IMG/VR virus record: IMGVR_UViG_3300035682_000015
Length of the DNA stretch: 64,000 nucleotides
DNA from: a virus
Taxonomy: Duplodnaviria > Heunggongvirae > Uroviricota > Caudoviricetes
Reading direction: 5' to 3' (one strand)
The translations under genes and the position numbers were made by a program. The notes beneath the pieces are model-generated. The model was not told the DNA's origin. It made no database searches and worked only from the letters and a program-made list of their open reading frames with translations. Every line of letters begins with the position of its first letter. Within the stretch, counting starts at the first letter, position 1. Below are positions 36,791 through 46,770 of the stretch, one piece after another.

Positions 36791-37199
36791 TTATCAAGTT
36801 CATAAAGTAGATGCGACCAGATTTAAGGATTTTATAAAACTTAGGGTACATTTCCAACAAAAGGTTATGTTTCTTAAAACTTTGATACAACATAATTCTC
36901 GATATAAAGGTGGTGATACAATTAAAACTCATTCTTGTAATCAAAATTTATTTGACAACAGTAACCAACATTTATTGGATATGTATTATTTCTTTGACGA
37001 TACATTAGAAAAGAACATTGTTATTATTGAATGTTGTGAAATATTAACTAATTTAAAATTTATCCCAAAAACGACGGAACCAAATGAAGAGGGTCAATTT
37101 GGGACAATAGAATTTGTTCTAGTTAATGAATGTTCGGAAGAAGACATTCAAAATTATAAAAATGGACTCGGATGTATAATAGAAATTGTTTATGACTGA
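36783..37199 (+). CDS. hypothetical protein
   Basis: 138 aa. Confidence 0.5.
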   Translation: MNNYQVHKVDATRFKDFIKLRVHFQQKVMFLKTLIQHNSRYKGGDTIKTHSCNQNLFDNSNQHLLDMYYFFDDTLEKNIVIIECCEILTNLKFIPKTTEPNEEGQFGTIEFVLVNECSEEDIQNYKNGLGCIIEIVYD

Positions 37200-37434
37200 T
37201 AAAAAAGAAAAAATCGTTATTAAGTATATGGATTTCGCCTATGGTGATAGAGAAACATATGAAAGTGAAAAGTCTATTGGAATTAACGGTGTTTGTGTTT
37301 ATTACAAAAATCTCAAGCAAGTTGGTTTTATAGGTGAGATTCATTTAAATTTATCTAGCCGCTTTGGTGTGGGAAGATATCAACCGACCATGACTAAATG
37401 GTTCTCAGAAAAATATAATTTAGAAGTTATCTAA
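37192..37434 (+). CDS. family-D paralog
   Basis: ATG MTDKKEKIVIKYMDF; track start 37186 is TTG. Confidence 0.5.
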   Translation: MTDKKEKIVIKYMDFAYGDRETYESEKSIGINGVCVYYKNLKQVGFIGEIHLNLSSRFGVGRYQPTMTKWFSEKYNLEVI

Positions 37435-37473
37435 ACCTCCAGTTTCTTTTTAGATTGGGGGATATTTATTTAT

Positions 37474-37971
37474 ATGAAACTTATTATAACTGAAAAACAA
37501 GAAGAACTATTAAAGGATTATTTGACCGAAGGTGAGAATAAACCAACCAATCCGGCACTTTGGTCACAATGTTTATCTTGGGCAAGGTCTAAATACAAAG
37601 TATGTCCAAGTGCGTATTGTAATGGTGCTGCTGCCAAACGATATAAATCAAAAGGTGGTGGTTGGAAAAAGAAACCTAAAAACGAATCTGTTAATGAAGA
37701 CCTCAAAAGATGGTTTAAAGAGAAATGGGTTGATGTGAGTAAGAAAGTTGATGGGAAACACCCACCTTGTGGAAGAAAGGATGCTGACGGAAAGTCATAT
37801 CCAAAATGTCGTCCATCAAAAAAGGTTTCATCTGAAACACCAAAGGTGGCTTCCTCATATGATAAGGATGAGAAGAAATCTATGACCCAACAAAAGAGAA
37901 GAGCGGAAAAGAAAGACCCAAAAGTGGGAACCGGAAATAAACCAACAATGACACACTACGAAAAAAAATGA
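37474..37971 (+). CDS. MKIIITE-leader family, basic Lys-rich protein
   Basis: MKLIITEKQEELLKDYL. Confidence 0.5.
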   Translation: MKLIITEKQEELLKDYLTEGENKPTNPALWSQCLSWARSKYKVCPSAYCNGAAAKRYKSKGGGWKKKPKNESVNEDLKRWFKEKWVDVSKKVDGKHPPCGRKDADGKSYPKCRPSKKVSSETPKVASSYDKDEKKSMTQQKRRAEKKDPKVGTGNKPTMTHYEKK

Positions 37972-38339
37972 AAATAATAATATCAGAATCACAATATAAC
38001 AAACTATTCAATGAATTAGACGATAGTTTCTATGGTTCAGTTGAGGAGACCGACTTTGTTGTTGGTGACTTAATAAATGAAGCTGAATATCAGGGACGTA
38101 AAGTTCAACTTGGTAAAATTATGCAAGGTGATGTAAAAAAATCGAAAGTGTATGTTAAGAACGACAAAGGAAAAGTTGTTAAGGTAAATTTTGGTTTTGG
38201 TGGAAAATCTGCTCACGGAAAACGAATGGTAATTAAGAAAAATAATCCAGCGAGAAGAAAATCGTTTAGAGCAAGAATGAATTGTGATAATCCGGGGCCA
38301 AGATGGAAAGCGAGATATTGGGCTTGCAGGACGTGGTAG
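37968..38339 (+). CDS. MKIIITE-leader family protein
   Basis: MKIIISESQYNKLFNEL. Confidence 0.5.
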   Translation: MKIIISESQYNKLFNELDDSFYGSVEETDFVVGDLINEAEYQGRKVQLGKIMQGDVKKSKVYVKNDKGKVVKVNFGFGGKSAHGKRMVIKKNNPARRKSFRARMNCDNPGPRWKARYWACRTW

Positions 38340-38361
38340 TAAAAACAATTGTGAAAATATA

Positions 38362-38763
38362 ATGAATATAGAAGACGAAATATCAATAAGAATTATTGAT
38401 AAGTATATGAACACACTTGGTAATAAACTAATAAATAAAATGACTTGTTCTGATGTGAAATATAATTTCAGTGTTAGGATTGTTAATTTATATAAGGGTG
38501 AGGAGCGTTGGGATTTTTCAGATAGTTGGAGAAATAGTTACGATTATGTTGTTGTTATTGATTCCGAAATTCCGGTTTCCCGGGTTGTATGTAATGAATA
38601 TAAGGAAAAATATCTGAAGGATGAAGTTGCGATTAGTTATCCGTTATTGTGGGCGTTTGTTCCGGTGATGAAAGAAGAATTAAAAAAATATTTAAGTGTT
38701 GATTTAGATAGTGTTTCGTTTGGTAAAGCCGGTATACATTTTAATAATTACAAAAAATTATAA
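38362..38763 (+). CDS. hypothetical protein
   Basis: ATG MNIEDEISIR. Confidence 0.45.
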   Translation: MNIEDEISIRIIDKYMNTLGNKLINKMTCSDVKYNFSVRIVNLYKGEERWDFSDSWRNSYDYVVVIDSEIPVSRVVCNEYKEKYLKDEVAISYPLLWAFVPVMKEELKKYLSVDLDSVSFGKAGIHFNNYKKL

Positions 38764-38790
38764 TAATATACTTATATATAAATCATTATT

Positions 38791-38907
38791 ATGTCTAAAT
38801 CAAAAAAAATAGGGAAACCTAAAAAAAACAGAGTGAATGTTGTTAAGAAATTAAAAATAATGAATAAAAACAACGAAATTCTTTCAAGATTAAAATCAGA
38901 AATGTAA
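38791..38907 (+). CDS. small basic protein
   Basis: 38 aa. Confidence 0.3.
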   Translation: MSKSKKIGKPKKNRVNVVKKLKIMNKNNEILSRLKSEM

Positions 38908-38909
38908 AA

Positions 38910-38941
38910 ATTAACCCCATCCTAATCGGTGGGGTTTTTTG
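38910..38941. terminator. bidirectional intrinsic terminator
   Basis: CCCCATC-loop-GGTGGGG with A-run/T-run flanks; overlaps stop of minus gene. Confidence 0.65.
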
Positions 38942-39944
38942 TTCCATATTTAATTATGATTTCAGTTGTTTCTTTTTGTCTTGAACCACTAATATAAGTT
39001 CTGGATATTTTAACACCTTCATCTATAACCTCATCAATTTGAGGACCCCACTTAATATATATGAGATTGGTTTTTGGGTCGGTATATCCGGCTGCCACAG
39101 TTTCTTTAACACCATTCTCAATCACATCATCAATCATTTTGGGAACACTATTGGTTTCATTTTCTTCCAACCAATCAAGAACACCAACAAGGTCACCATC
39201 TTCACCGGGTGTTTTTGTTTCTTTAACACCATTTTTAATCACACCAGCAATTCTTCCTTTGTGGTGATATACATCATCGTGAGTTTCTATTACACCCTTG
39301 TCAATCACTTTATCAACTATATCTCCACCTACATATTGACGTGGGTGAGAAGTTTTTACACCATTTCCGAGAACCTCATCAATGTCTCCTGTATATTCAC
39401 GAGATTGTAAGGGTGAAATTATTTTAACACCATTTTGTAGGACATCTTCAGCTAAAGTAGAACCACCTACAAAGGCAAAAATGGTTTCCTTCACACCATT
39501 TTCAAGAGTATCATCAACTGATAAGATTCTTTTATCACCCCAATAATTGGTGTTCTTTACCCCATTTTCAATAGTATCCTCAACCGACCAATCCGTTTTC
39601 ATATGAGCCATTTTAGTTTTTTTCACACCATTTTCAAGAGTGTCCTCAAATTGTTGTTTTCTATCCCGGGCATCTCTAAAGAGTGTAACATAAGTTAACT
39701 CTTTATTTATAATATTATCTTCCACCCATTTGGTGATGAGGTGTTGGTTCTGAACGCAATCCAACGAAGCGTAAGCAAAAATACTTTTGAAGAAGTTGTA
39801 ATTATACCATAGAGTTTTATTCTCAGTTAGTTCAATCATCCATTGTTTGGACTCAGTAAAGATTAACCAAGTGGAACCATTATGGGTATAAGTGTCCACC
39901 CCTTTAGTAAATTCATTAATTAATTTATTTATAATTCTTTCCAT
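38922..39944 (-). CDS. repeat protein with ~9 copies of D[TV][LI]ENGVK[EK]T unit
   Basis: Internal ~28-aa repeats read in translation. Confidence 0.6.
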   Translation of the reverse strand: MERIINKLINEFTKGVDTYTHNGSTWLIFTESKQWMIELTENKTLWYNYNFFKSIFAYASLDCVQNQHLITKWVEDNIINKELTYVTLFRDARDRKQQFEDTLENGVKKTKMAHMKTDWSVEDTIENGVKNTNYWGDKRILSVDDTLENGVKETIFAFVGGSTLAEDVLQNGVKIISPLQSREYTGDIDEVLGNGVKTSHPRQYVGGDIVDKVIDKGVIETHDDVYHHKGRIAGVIKNGVKETKTPGEDGDLVGVLDWLEENETNSVPKMIDDVIENGVKETVAAGYTDPKTNLIYIKWGPQIDEVIDEGVKISRTYISGSRQKETTEIIIKYGTKNPTD

Positions 39945-40000
39945 AGAACAAAGATAATAAAACTATTTCTTATCATCAAATAATAAATTATATTTTTTAA

Positions 40001-40297
40001 ATGAAGAGATTGGTTATAGTAAGAAAAGTTTTTGAGATATTATATCCTGATTTAACGGTAATTGTTCGATATAATAAAAAACGATATGTTGAAATAATAT
40101 TGAAAAATGTTAAACAAATGTCTGTCGATGGCACAACTTATAAAGTTATATTATTAATTCCCGGTAAAGATAGTTTGGTTTTAGAAGATTTTGTATCTAA
40201 GTTATTTGCATATTGTTCCATAATAAATGAGGATAATTGTATTATAAAATATTTGGATAAAAAAGGTTCTCGACAAATAACAAAAAAATTAGAATAG
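40001..40297 (+). CDS. hypothetical protein
   Basis: 98 aa. Confidence 0.45.
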   Translation: MKRLVIVRKVFEILYPDLTVIVRYNKKRYVEIILKNVKQMSVDGTTYKVILLIPGKDSLVLEDFVSKLFAYCSIINEDNCIIKYLDKKGSRQITKKLE

Positions 40298-40336
40298 GTT
40301 ATTGATTGGTAAATAAGTTTTATTTATGATTATCAC

Positions 40337-40519
40337 ATGGAAGAAATTAAAATCACAAGAACTATTAAGTTCGCGGACAAAAAATGTATTATGAAACCTA
40401 TGGATGGTGAGACCGGTTTGACTGAAACTTGGAACACCCACCCAAATGTTGATAATCCAAGGGATGTGTTTATGAAACACGAAGGAACCACGTATTATTT
40501 AGTTTCGTCTAAAGAATAA
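40337..40519 (+). CDS. hypothetical small protein
   Basis: 60 aa. Confidence 0.4.
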   Translation: MEEIKITRTIKFADKKCIMKPMDGETGLTETWNTHPNVDNPRDVFMKHEGTTYYLVSSKE

Positions 40520-40523
40520 TTTT

Positions 40524-40552
40524 AACCCCCAGTTAATTTTGGGGGTTTTTTA
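40524..40552 (+). terminator. intrinsic terminator
   Basis: ACCCCC-loop-GGGGGT + T-run. Confidence 0.7.
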
Positions 40553-40565
40553 ATTTAATGTAATT

Positions 40566-41060
40566 ATGAAATTTATTATTTGTTTATTGTTTTGTTGTCT
40601 TGGGTATTCCCAATTACCAACAAATATTGTTATTGGGGATTCTCAAACTCCATATGTTGATTTAAATTCAAAAAAAGTTGTGAAAGTTGTTGGTCTATGG
40701 AAAAAAGGTATTCGCGTCCCAGAGCTTACCAAAATGATTAAGAGACATAATGTCTCACCAATAATTCAAAATGTTTTTTTGTGTATTGGAACCAACGACC
40801 TTTATTATAGAAATGGTGTTGAGAAATTATTTAATTCCATTTGTGTTACATTCCCAAATGCGAAGATTTACGTCATCCAAGGTTCTTGGGGTTGGGGAAA
40901 TCTTAGACACACCAGATATGGTAAAGTTAAAAAATATTACAAACGATACGAGGAATTGGGTGGAACCATAATTGAACCTCCAATTGGAAAAGGTGACCCC
41001 CACCATAACTCTCCGGTGTATAAGAAAATTGGGGAAGTCATTGATAATATGTTATTGTAA
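40566..41060 (+). CDS. secreted SGNH/GDSL hydrolase
   Basis: Signal peptide; blocks IGDSQT, GTND, DPHHN. Confidence 0.65.
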   Translation: MKFIICLLFCCLGYSQLPTNIVIGDSQTPYVDLNSKKVVKVVGLWKKGIRVPELTKMIKRHNVSPIIQNVFLCIGTNDLYYRNGVEKLFNSICVTFPNAKIYVIQGSWGWGNLRHTRYGKVKKYYKRYEELGGTIIEPPIGKGDPHHNSPVYKKIGEVIDNMLL

Positions 41061-41073
41061 TATATTTATTGAT

Positions 41074-41460
41074 ATGAAAATAATAATAACGGAGAGTAAA
41101 TTAAATCAGGCGGTCATTGATTACCTGAACAAAACATACGACACCAATAACATTGGTTGGGAATATGGTATTGATGATTGGGGTAATGAAGTGGATTACG
41201 CAATAAAGTTTTATCAAGGTGATTATGATGAAGACGATACCTTATTTAGATGGTATGGTGAAGATTATTGGGGTAGTGAAGAATCTGAAAGTTATTCGGA
41301 TAAACTTTGTCAAGAAAAAAAAGATAAATCACCAATATTATACTTTGAAGATGATGTTATTTTAAGAACTTTGAACGGGTATTTCGGTAATAATTGGAAA
41401 CAACCATTTATTGAATGGTTTTGGGATAAATTCCATGTTCCTGTCAAAACAATAGAGTAG
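41074..41460 (+). CDS. MKIIITE-leader family acidic protein
   Basis: MKIIITESKLNQAVIDYL; track start 40972 is TTG. Confidence 0.5.
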   Translation: MKIIITESKLNQAVIDYLNKTYDTNNIGWEYGIDDWGNEVDYAIKFYQGDYDEDDTLFRWYGEDYWGSEESESYSDKLCQEKKDKSPILYFEDDVILRTLNGYFGNNWKQPFIEWFWDKFHVPVKTIE

Positions 41461-41812
41461 TGGAAAATATTTAACAAAACACCCTTTTTAGTGGAAAAAA
41501 ACGTCTATTTTAAAGATTTTTTTAATTTTTAATGGAAAATACCTTACATTTGTAATATGATATACCTTATTCTTTATTTTAATATTGGTCTTATACTCTC
41601 ATTACTTTTTTTTATACTGATGAGTATTTCAGAACAAGACATAACTTTTAACGACATTCTTGTTGTTATATTTTTATGGCCTTTAGTAATTTATTATATA
41701 ATCACCGAACACTTTTAAAAATTTGAGATATTTATAAAAACTAGTATATTATTTTACTAGTTTTTATATTAAATAATTCATTATTAATAGTTTAAAAATA
41801 TCAAGACCCAAA

Positions 41813-41840
41813 TTCCCTCCTTACCGGAGGGTTTTTTATT
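41813..41840 (+). terminator. intrinsic terminator
   Basis: CCCTCC-loop-GGAGGG + T-run. Confidence 0.65.
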
Positions 41841-41859
41841 TATACAGATATTTATAATT

Positions 41860-42978
41860 ATGAAAATTAGAATTAAAGAATCTCAATATACTAAATTGAA
41901 TGAAGCCGTAGGTGTTCCAACTAACATTGTTTCAGTTGCACAACAATTATTTGACAAAATGATGATGGAGCTTAAACCAACATCTGATTTACAAACTCAA
42001 TTTAAAAAAACAATTATATTAAAAGGTGATTTCCAAATTAACGATTATAAATTTAAGAAGATAAAATTATCCTTCAACATTGAAGATATTAATGATTATA
42101 GTTTTGATGGGGTTAAAAAACCTAAAGTATTGGTAAATGGTATGACCCACCACGGGAAGGTTGAGATAAACGCTAAATTTAATTATGAAAGAACTCAAGA
42201 CATAAATAATGTGGTGTTATCAATCACTTTTGCCGTTGATTATGGTGTAACCACTCAGGACGTTATTGATGAGTTTAATAAAGAAAGAGTTGTTATGGTT
42301 TCAAGTTTGGCTCACGAACTAAAACACGCATATGATGAATCTGTTAACCCAATAGTTAAAACACCTGAAAGAGTTGAATATCATATTGGTTCTCAAAGAA
42401 GGTTCGGAAATATACCCCCATTAAATAAATTGTTAAATTATATGTATTTTGCTCACACCACAGAAAACTTGGTAAGAGCAACTGAGTTATATGCCGCCTT
42501 AGAAGAGAGTGGGATTACAAAGAAAGATTTTTATAAGTTCATAACAAACCACAGAGTCTATGTTGCGTATAAAGAGGGTTCCGAATTAACTTATGAAGGG
42601 TTGAGGGAAGAATTAAAATTAATTATCCCCCAAATAAAACAAACTTTTGATGATAATGATATGGATTATCCGGATAATGTAACCGACGATGAAATGGTTG
42701 ATTTAACATTACAACAATATTTTAAAACACTATTACAGTGGAGAGGAGGATTAATGAAAGATTTTTTAACTAACGACTTTATGGAAAATATGTTTGGATT
42801 CAGAGGTGCAAAACAAAGGTATTTTGATAAATATTTAAATAAAATAACTAGATTTGGTACTGATTATGAAAAATTCTTTAGATATGAAATTAATCAAACA
42901 AGAAACATTTGTCTTAAGATGATGAAAAAACTAAGTAAAATATATTCCTTAATAAAAGATGAAAACCCCCAACAATAA
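41860..42978 (+). CDS. MKIRIKESQ-leader large protein
   Basis: 372 aa. Confidence 0.55.
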   Translation: MKIRIKESQYTKLNEAVGVPTNIVSVAQQLFDKMMMELKPTSDLQTQFKKTIILKGDFQINDYKFKKIKLSFNIEDINDYSFDGVKKPKVLVNGMTHHGKVEINAKFNYERTQDINNVVLSITFAVDYGVTTQDVIDEFNKERVVMVSSLAHELKHAYDESVNPIVKTPERVEYHIGSQRRFGNIPPLNKLLNYMYFAHTTENLVRATELYAALEESGITKKDFYKFITNHRVYVAYKEGSELTYEGLREELKLIIPQIKQTFDDNDMDYPDNVTDDEMVDLTLQQYFKTLLQWRGGLMKDFLTNDFMENMFGFRGAKQRYFDKYLNKITRFGTDYEKFFRYEINQTRNICLKMMKKLSKIYSLIKDENPQQ

Positions 42979-42994
42979 TTGGGGGTTTTTTTTT
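42964..42994. terminator. bidirectional intrinsic terminator
   Basis: CCCCCAA-loop-TTGGGGG + T9. Confidence 0.7.
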
Positions 42995-43334
42995 AGATTG
43001 AGATTGAATCTATGGTTTTAAAATTACCATTTTTGTAATTATCTTGAGGTGTTGGTTCTCCTACTTGTAGTTCACCTTCAAAATAGTTTTGATAAGAACC
43101 CCAATATTCTTCCATTGACCCGTTTTTTAATTCATACAATGCGTCTTGTGTTTCCTCATCAAACGATGGTTCGCCTTCTCCGTCAACCCATTCATCCAAA
43201 TTTTCAGAGATGTATTGTAAAAAGTCTTCTTCTGTTTCTCCCTTGAAGTTAGGGAATTTTTCGCTATCCAACTCTACCGGAGTGTTTGCGTTGTGGGAGG
43301 TGTAATACTCCGTTTTTCTAAAATGTGATTTCAT
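42993..43334 (-). CDS. acidic hypothetical protein
   Basis: 113 aa. Confidence 0.5.
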   Translation of the reverse strand: MKSHFRKTEYYTSHNANTPVELDSEKFPNFKGETEEDFLQYISENLDEWVDGEGEPSFDEETQDALYELKNGSMEEYWGSYQNYFEGELQVGEPTPQDNYKNGNFKTIDSISI

Positions 43335-43353
43335 AATTGTTTTTTATAATGGT

Positions 43354-43878
43354 TTAATTTTCTTCTACACTTCTTTCATCCATCACCTCACGATAACCTT
43401 CATATAAAGAATCTCGAAGTTCGTATAGACCGTCATACATTTCATCCATATAATCATCGTCCTGAAACATTTTATCATATTCAAACTCTTCATAATTTTC
43501 AATATCATCGTAGTTCTCAGCATATACAAATGCTCCAAGTGGGTCGTAACCTTCGTCTTCATAAGTACCATATATTACAACATCTCCACCAATAACCTCA
43601 ACTATCTTTTGAAAATACTCTGTCGGGACTGACCAAGCAGTTTCAAGAATCAAATCTATCGTTTCTCGATATTCTAAATCTTCACACTCAATCTCTAAAA
43701 ATGTTGACCCAACATTTAACAACATCCAATCTTTATCAATCTCTTTAAAGTCGGTTCCGTATAATGTGTTGACGTGATTTAATAGGTCGTCAGATTTTTC
43801 AAATAACTCAACAAATTTTTTGTGTGTTTCTTCGTTAAGGCCGCCAACCTTAACATAACTTGTCATTGTGTTTGCCAT
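43354..43878 (-). CDS. acidic hypothetical protein
   Basis: 174 aa. Confidence 0.5.
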   Translation of the reverse strand: MANTMTSYVKVGGLNEETHKKFVELFEKSDDLLNHVNTLYGTDFKEIDKDWMLLNVGSTFLEIECEDLEYRETIDLILETAWSVPTEYFQKIVEVIGGDVVIYGTYEDEGYDPLGAFVYAENYDDIENYEEFEYDKMFQDDDYMDEMYDGLYELRDSLYEGYREVMDERSVEEN

Positions 43879-43882
43879 CGTA

Positions 43883-44209
43883 TTAAGATTTAAATTTTTC
43901 TCCTTTTATTTTAACCCATTCCAAATCACCATCCAAGATTAATACATCACTATGTGATGGGACATCTTTAGTGTTTTCTTCGGTGTGTTCATTATCATCA
44001 CCAACAGATTCAATAACCTTAACGAAATCAGTTCCTTTCTCATCGATTGTAATTTTCCATTCACCGTCGTAAAAAAATGACCCTTTGGTTCCTGAGGGAG
44101 TTTTGAATTTAATAGGTTCCCTGTCGGCTGAGTAAGCCTCAACCTCATCAATAATTTGTCCGTCAATTTCTATCAAATCATCGGATGCTCCGTAAATTCT
44201 TGTAATCAT
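43883..44209 (-). CDS. hypothetical protein
   Basis: 108 aa. Confidence 0.5.
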   Translation of the reverse strand: MITRIYGASDDLIEIDGQIIDEVEAYSADREPIKFKTPSGTKGSFFYDGEWKITIDEKGTDFVKVIESVGDDNEHTEENTKDVPSHSDVLILDGDLEWVKIKGEKFKS

Positions 44210-44319
44210 ATTATCGTTTTTTATTTAAGTATAAATAAAAAAATAAATAAAAACAATACCACCGGAAGTAAAACTATGATTTTACATAATTTGTTGATAT
44301 TTATAATAAAAGATAAGTT

Positions 44320-45219
44320 ATGAATACATTTATTTATGGGTTAGTCAGTAAAGAATCACCTAATGAAATTAGATATATTGGGAAATCGGATAATCCTTCT
44401 TATAGATTGAAAAGACATATATATTTAACAAAATACTCGGTTAAAAAAAATAAAAATTTAACACATAAAGATTATTGGATAATTAAAAACAATTATGATA
44501 TTGATTTTATTATCCTTGAAGAGTGTGATAATTTATTATGGAGTGAAAAAGAAAAAGAATATATCTTAAAACACACAAATTTGACAAACACTTCGTCGGG
44601 TGGGTTAGGTGGTTGTGGAATAACTTATAAAATGACTTATGATGAAACTAAATCTTGGATTCAAAAAAATTTAAAAATTAAATCAAAATCAGATTGGTAT
44701 CGTCAAATTAAAACACTTAAATTGCCTGATTATATTTGTAAATATCCCGACCAATCCTACGAAAAAAGAGGTTGGATTAGTTGGATTGATTTTTTGGGGT
44801 CAAATAATAAATTTGATAATGATGTTACCTATATTTCATATGATGAGGCAAAATTTAAATTACGTAATTTTAAATTTAAATGTTCCGAAGATTATCGGAA
44901 ACATCATAGAAATGGGTTAATCCCGTTTGATGTTCCGTTAAAACCTTTCAGATATTATGGTAAAAGGGGGTGGGTTAGTTGGTCAAATTATTTGAGTAAT
45001 AATAAGGTTACCAATATTGATAAAAAATTTGTTTCTTTTGATGAATTTATTAAAATAGTTAAAAAACTTGACATTAAAAGTGGTTATCAGTATAAAAAAA
45101 TAGATAAAACGATTAGAGATAAATATTGTCTTCCCTCAGTCCCATCAACACAATACAAAAATGAGGGTTGGAATGGTTGGGGGTTTAAAGTAAAAAAGTC
45201 CGGAAAACCGGACTTTTAA
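44320..45219 (+). CDS. GIY-YIG-type homing endonuclease-like protein
   Basis: IYGLVSKESPNEIRYIGKSDNPSYRLKRH GIY-YIG N-terminus; repeated KRGW[IV]SW DNA-binding-like modules. Confidence 0.6.
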   Translation: MNTFIYGLVSKESPNEIRYIGKSDNPSYRLKRHIYLTKYSVKKNKNLTHKDYWIIKNNYDIDFIILEECDNLLWSEKEKEYILKHTNLTNTSSGGLGGCGITYKMTYDETKSWIQKNLKIKSKSDWYRQIKTLKLPDYICKYPDQSYEKRGWISWIDFLGSNNKFDNDVTYISYDEAKFKLRNFKFKCSEDYRKHHRNGLIPFDVPLKPFRYYGKRGWVSWSNYLSNNKVTNIDKKFVSFDEFIKIVKKLDIKSGYQYKKIDKTIRDKYCLPSVPSTQYKNEGWNGWGFKVKKSGKPDF

Positions 45220-45220
45220 T

Positions 45221-45958
45221 TTATTTATTGTAAATTTCTTTTGAATAGTAATCTTCAAAACCTTCCATCATTTGACTGATTGAGGGACTATTTTCTAAAC
45301 CAATAATGTTATCAATTAATCCAATTTCTTTTGATTCTTCAGAGTTAAACCATTTATCTCGTCTTGAAATTTCATAAATCTCATCAAAAGTTTTATCACA
45401 ATTTTGAGATAATATTTTGAATAACATATAGTTATATTTTTCGGCTTCCATATGACTTATACGAGTATCTTGGATATTCCCCGATGTCCCATAACTTACA
45501 AAATGAGTCATAACTTTAGAAAAAATTAATGAATTTCTTTTACCTTTAGCTCCCGAAGACAATAATATTGAACCCATAGATGCACACATTCCAAGATTAG
45601 TTGTTGAAACATCTGCTTTAACATAATTCATAACATCTCTTATACCAAGTCCCATCATCACTGACCCACCAGGACTATTTAAGTAAAGACTAATATCTTT
45701 TTTATCTGTGGTGTCTAAAAAAATTAATTGTGCTTGGATAATATCACCCATTCTATCATCTACAGGTCCTGATGCCCAAACAATTCTATCAAGAATTAAT
45801 CTTGAAAAAATATCCATCTGAGTTGCTCTCATTTCTCGTTCTTCCAAAATATACGGGGTTAATGAATTTTCCATATGTTTTTGGTAGTAATCTAAATTAA
45901 GTCCTGAAATACCTCTGTCGCTCATTGCGAACTTTTTAAAATCGTTTCCGTAATTCAT
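45221..45958 (-). CDS. clpP: ClpP-family serine protease
   Basis: Ser-His-Asp triad context: GMCASMG, KVMTHFVSYGTSGNIQD, RRDKWFNSEESKEIGLID. Confidence 0.8.
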   Translation of the reverse strand: MNYGNDFKKFAMSDRGISGLNLDYYQKHMENSLTPYILEEREMRATQMDIFSRLILDRIVWASGPVDDRMGDIIQAQLIFLDTTDKKDISLYLNSPGGSVMMGLGIRDVMNYVKADVSTTNLGMCASMGSILLSSGAKGKRNSLIFSKVMTHFVSYGTSGNIQDTRISHMEAEKYNYMLFKILSQNCDKTFDEIYEISRRDKWFNSEESKEIGLIDNIIGLENSPSISQMMEGFEDYYSKEIYNK

Positions 45959-46182
45959 TATGCTTTTTGTTTGGTTGGAACTAACGTTAATGCTTTTGCC
46001 ACGGCAGCATCTTTTGATTTTAATCCTTTCTCAACAAGTTTCCCTGATTTGAAGATACAATAATCATAAGACATCGTGTATCCGTGTTTTTTTGTTGTGT
46101 CCGGTTTAGACATGATTTTAACATAAATGTCATAAAGACCTGCTTTAACAACATATTTCCCTTTCGTGTTTAATTTTCCCAT
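45958..46182 (-). CDS. hypothetical protein translationally coupled to clpP
   Basis: TAATG overlap; rc TATCTTTG 30 nt upstream (46213-46220). Confidence 0.5.
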   Translation of the reverse strand: MGKLNTKGKYVVKAGLYDIYVKIMSKPDTTKKHGYTMSYDYCIFKSGKLVEKGLKSKDAAVAKALTLVPTKQKA

Positions 46183-46281
46183 TTTTAAATGTTTTAGATT
46201 ATTATTATTCGACAAAGATATACAAAAAATCTTATTACAACAACTTTTTATTAAAAATATTTTTCTTATATTTGTATTGTT

Positions 46282-46512
46282 ATGGAACAGAAAAAGTTTG
46301 AAAGAATATTATATGGTTTATTTCCCAATCTTAAAATTATAGATTATAAATTATGGGAAAGATATGAAGTTGATGAAAATGGTGAATTTATAAAACCAAA
46401 TTCTCCTGCAATATTTGTTGAGGTGACTGGTGAAATTGAACCGGGTGTTAATATTGGTGAGCATATAACTCGTATGACGGGGTTAGAAGTTATTATAGAT
46501 AAATTTAATTAA
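46282..46512 (+). CDS. hypothetical small protein
   Basis: TATATTTG 7 nt upstream. Confidence 0.45.
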   Translation: MEQKKFERILYGLFPNLKIIDYKLWERYEVDENGEFIKPNSPAIFVEVTGEIEPGVNIGEHITRMTGLEVIIDKFN

Positions 46513-46539
46513 AAAATTGTGAGATTAAAATAAATATTA

Positions 46540-46547
46540 TATCTTTG
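46540..46547 (+). promoter_or_regulatory. -7 promoter element TATCTTTG
   Basis: 19 nt upstream of 46567. Confidence 0.45.
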
Positions 46548-46566
46548 CTGAATAAAATTAAAAAAT

Positions 46567-46770
46567 ATGGGTAACACAAAAATAACAATTGAGCTTAGTG
46601 ATAAGCAACAAGAAAAATACGATAAATGGATTTTAACCATTAAAAGTTTATATGGTAAATACGGAAATATGACTTGGTCGGTTTCCGACTGTGGTATTGG
46701 ACAAACAATTAAAGTCTATAATGACTTAACTAAATTAACCTTAGATTTAACTGACGTAGATGAGTGGTAA
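46567..46770 (+). CDS. hypothetical small protein
   Basis: 67 aa. Confidence 0.45.
   Translation: MGNTKITIELSDKQQEKYDKWILTIKSLYGKYGNMTWSVSDCGIGQTIKVYNDLTKLTLDLTDVDEW

Noticed and set aside
45221-45958. ClpP as the capsid prohead protease
   Set aside because: No portal, scaffold or major capsid genes flank it in this window and it sits in an isolated minus-strand operon. Left as ClpP-family protease of undetermined role.
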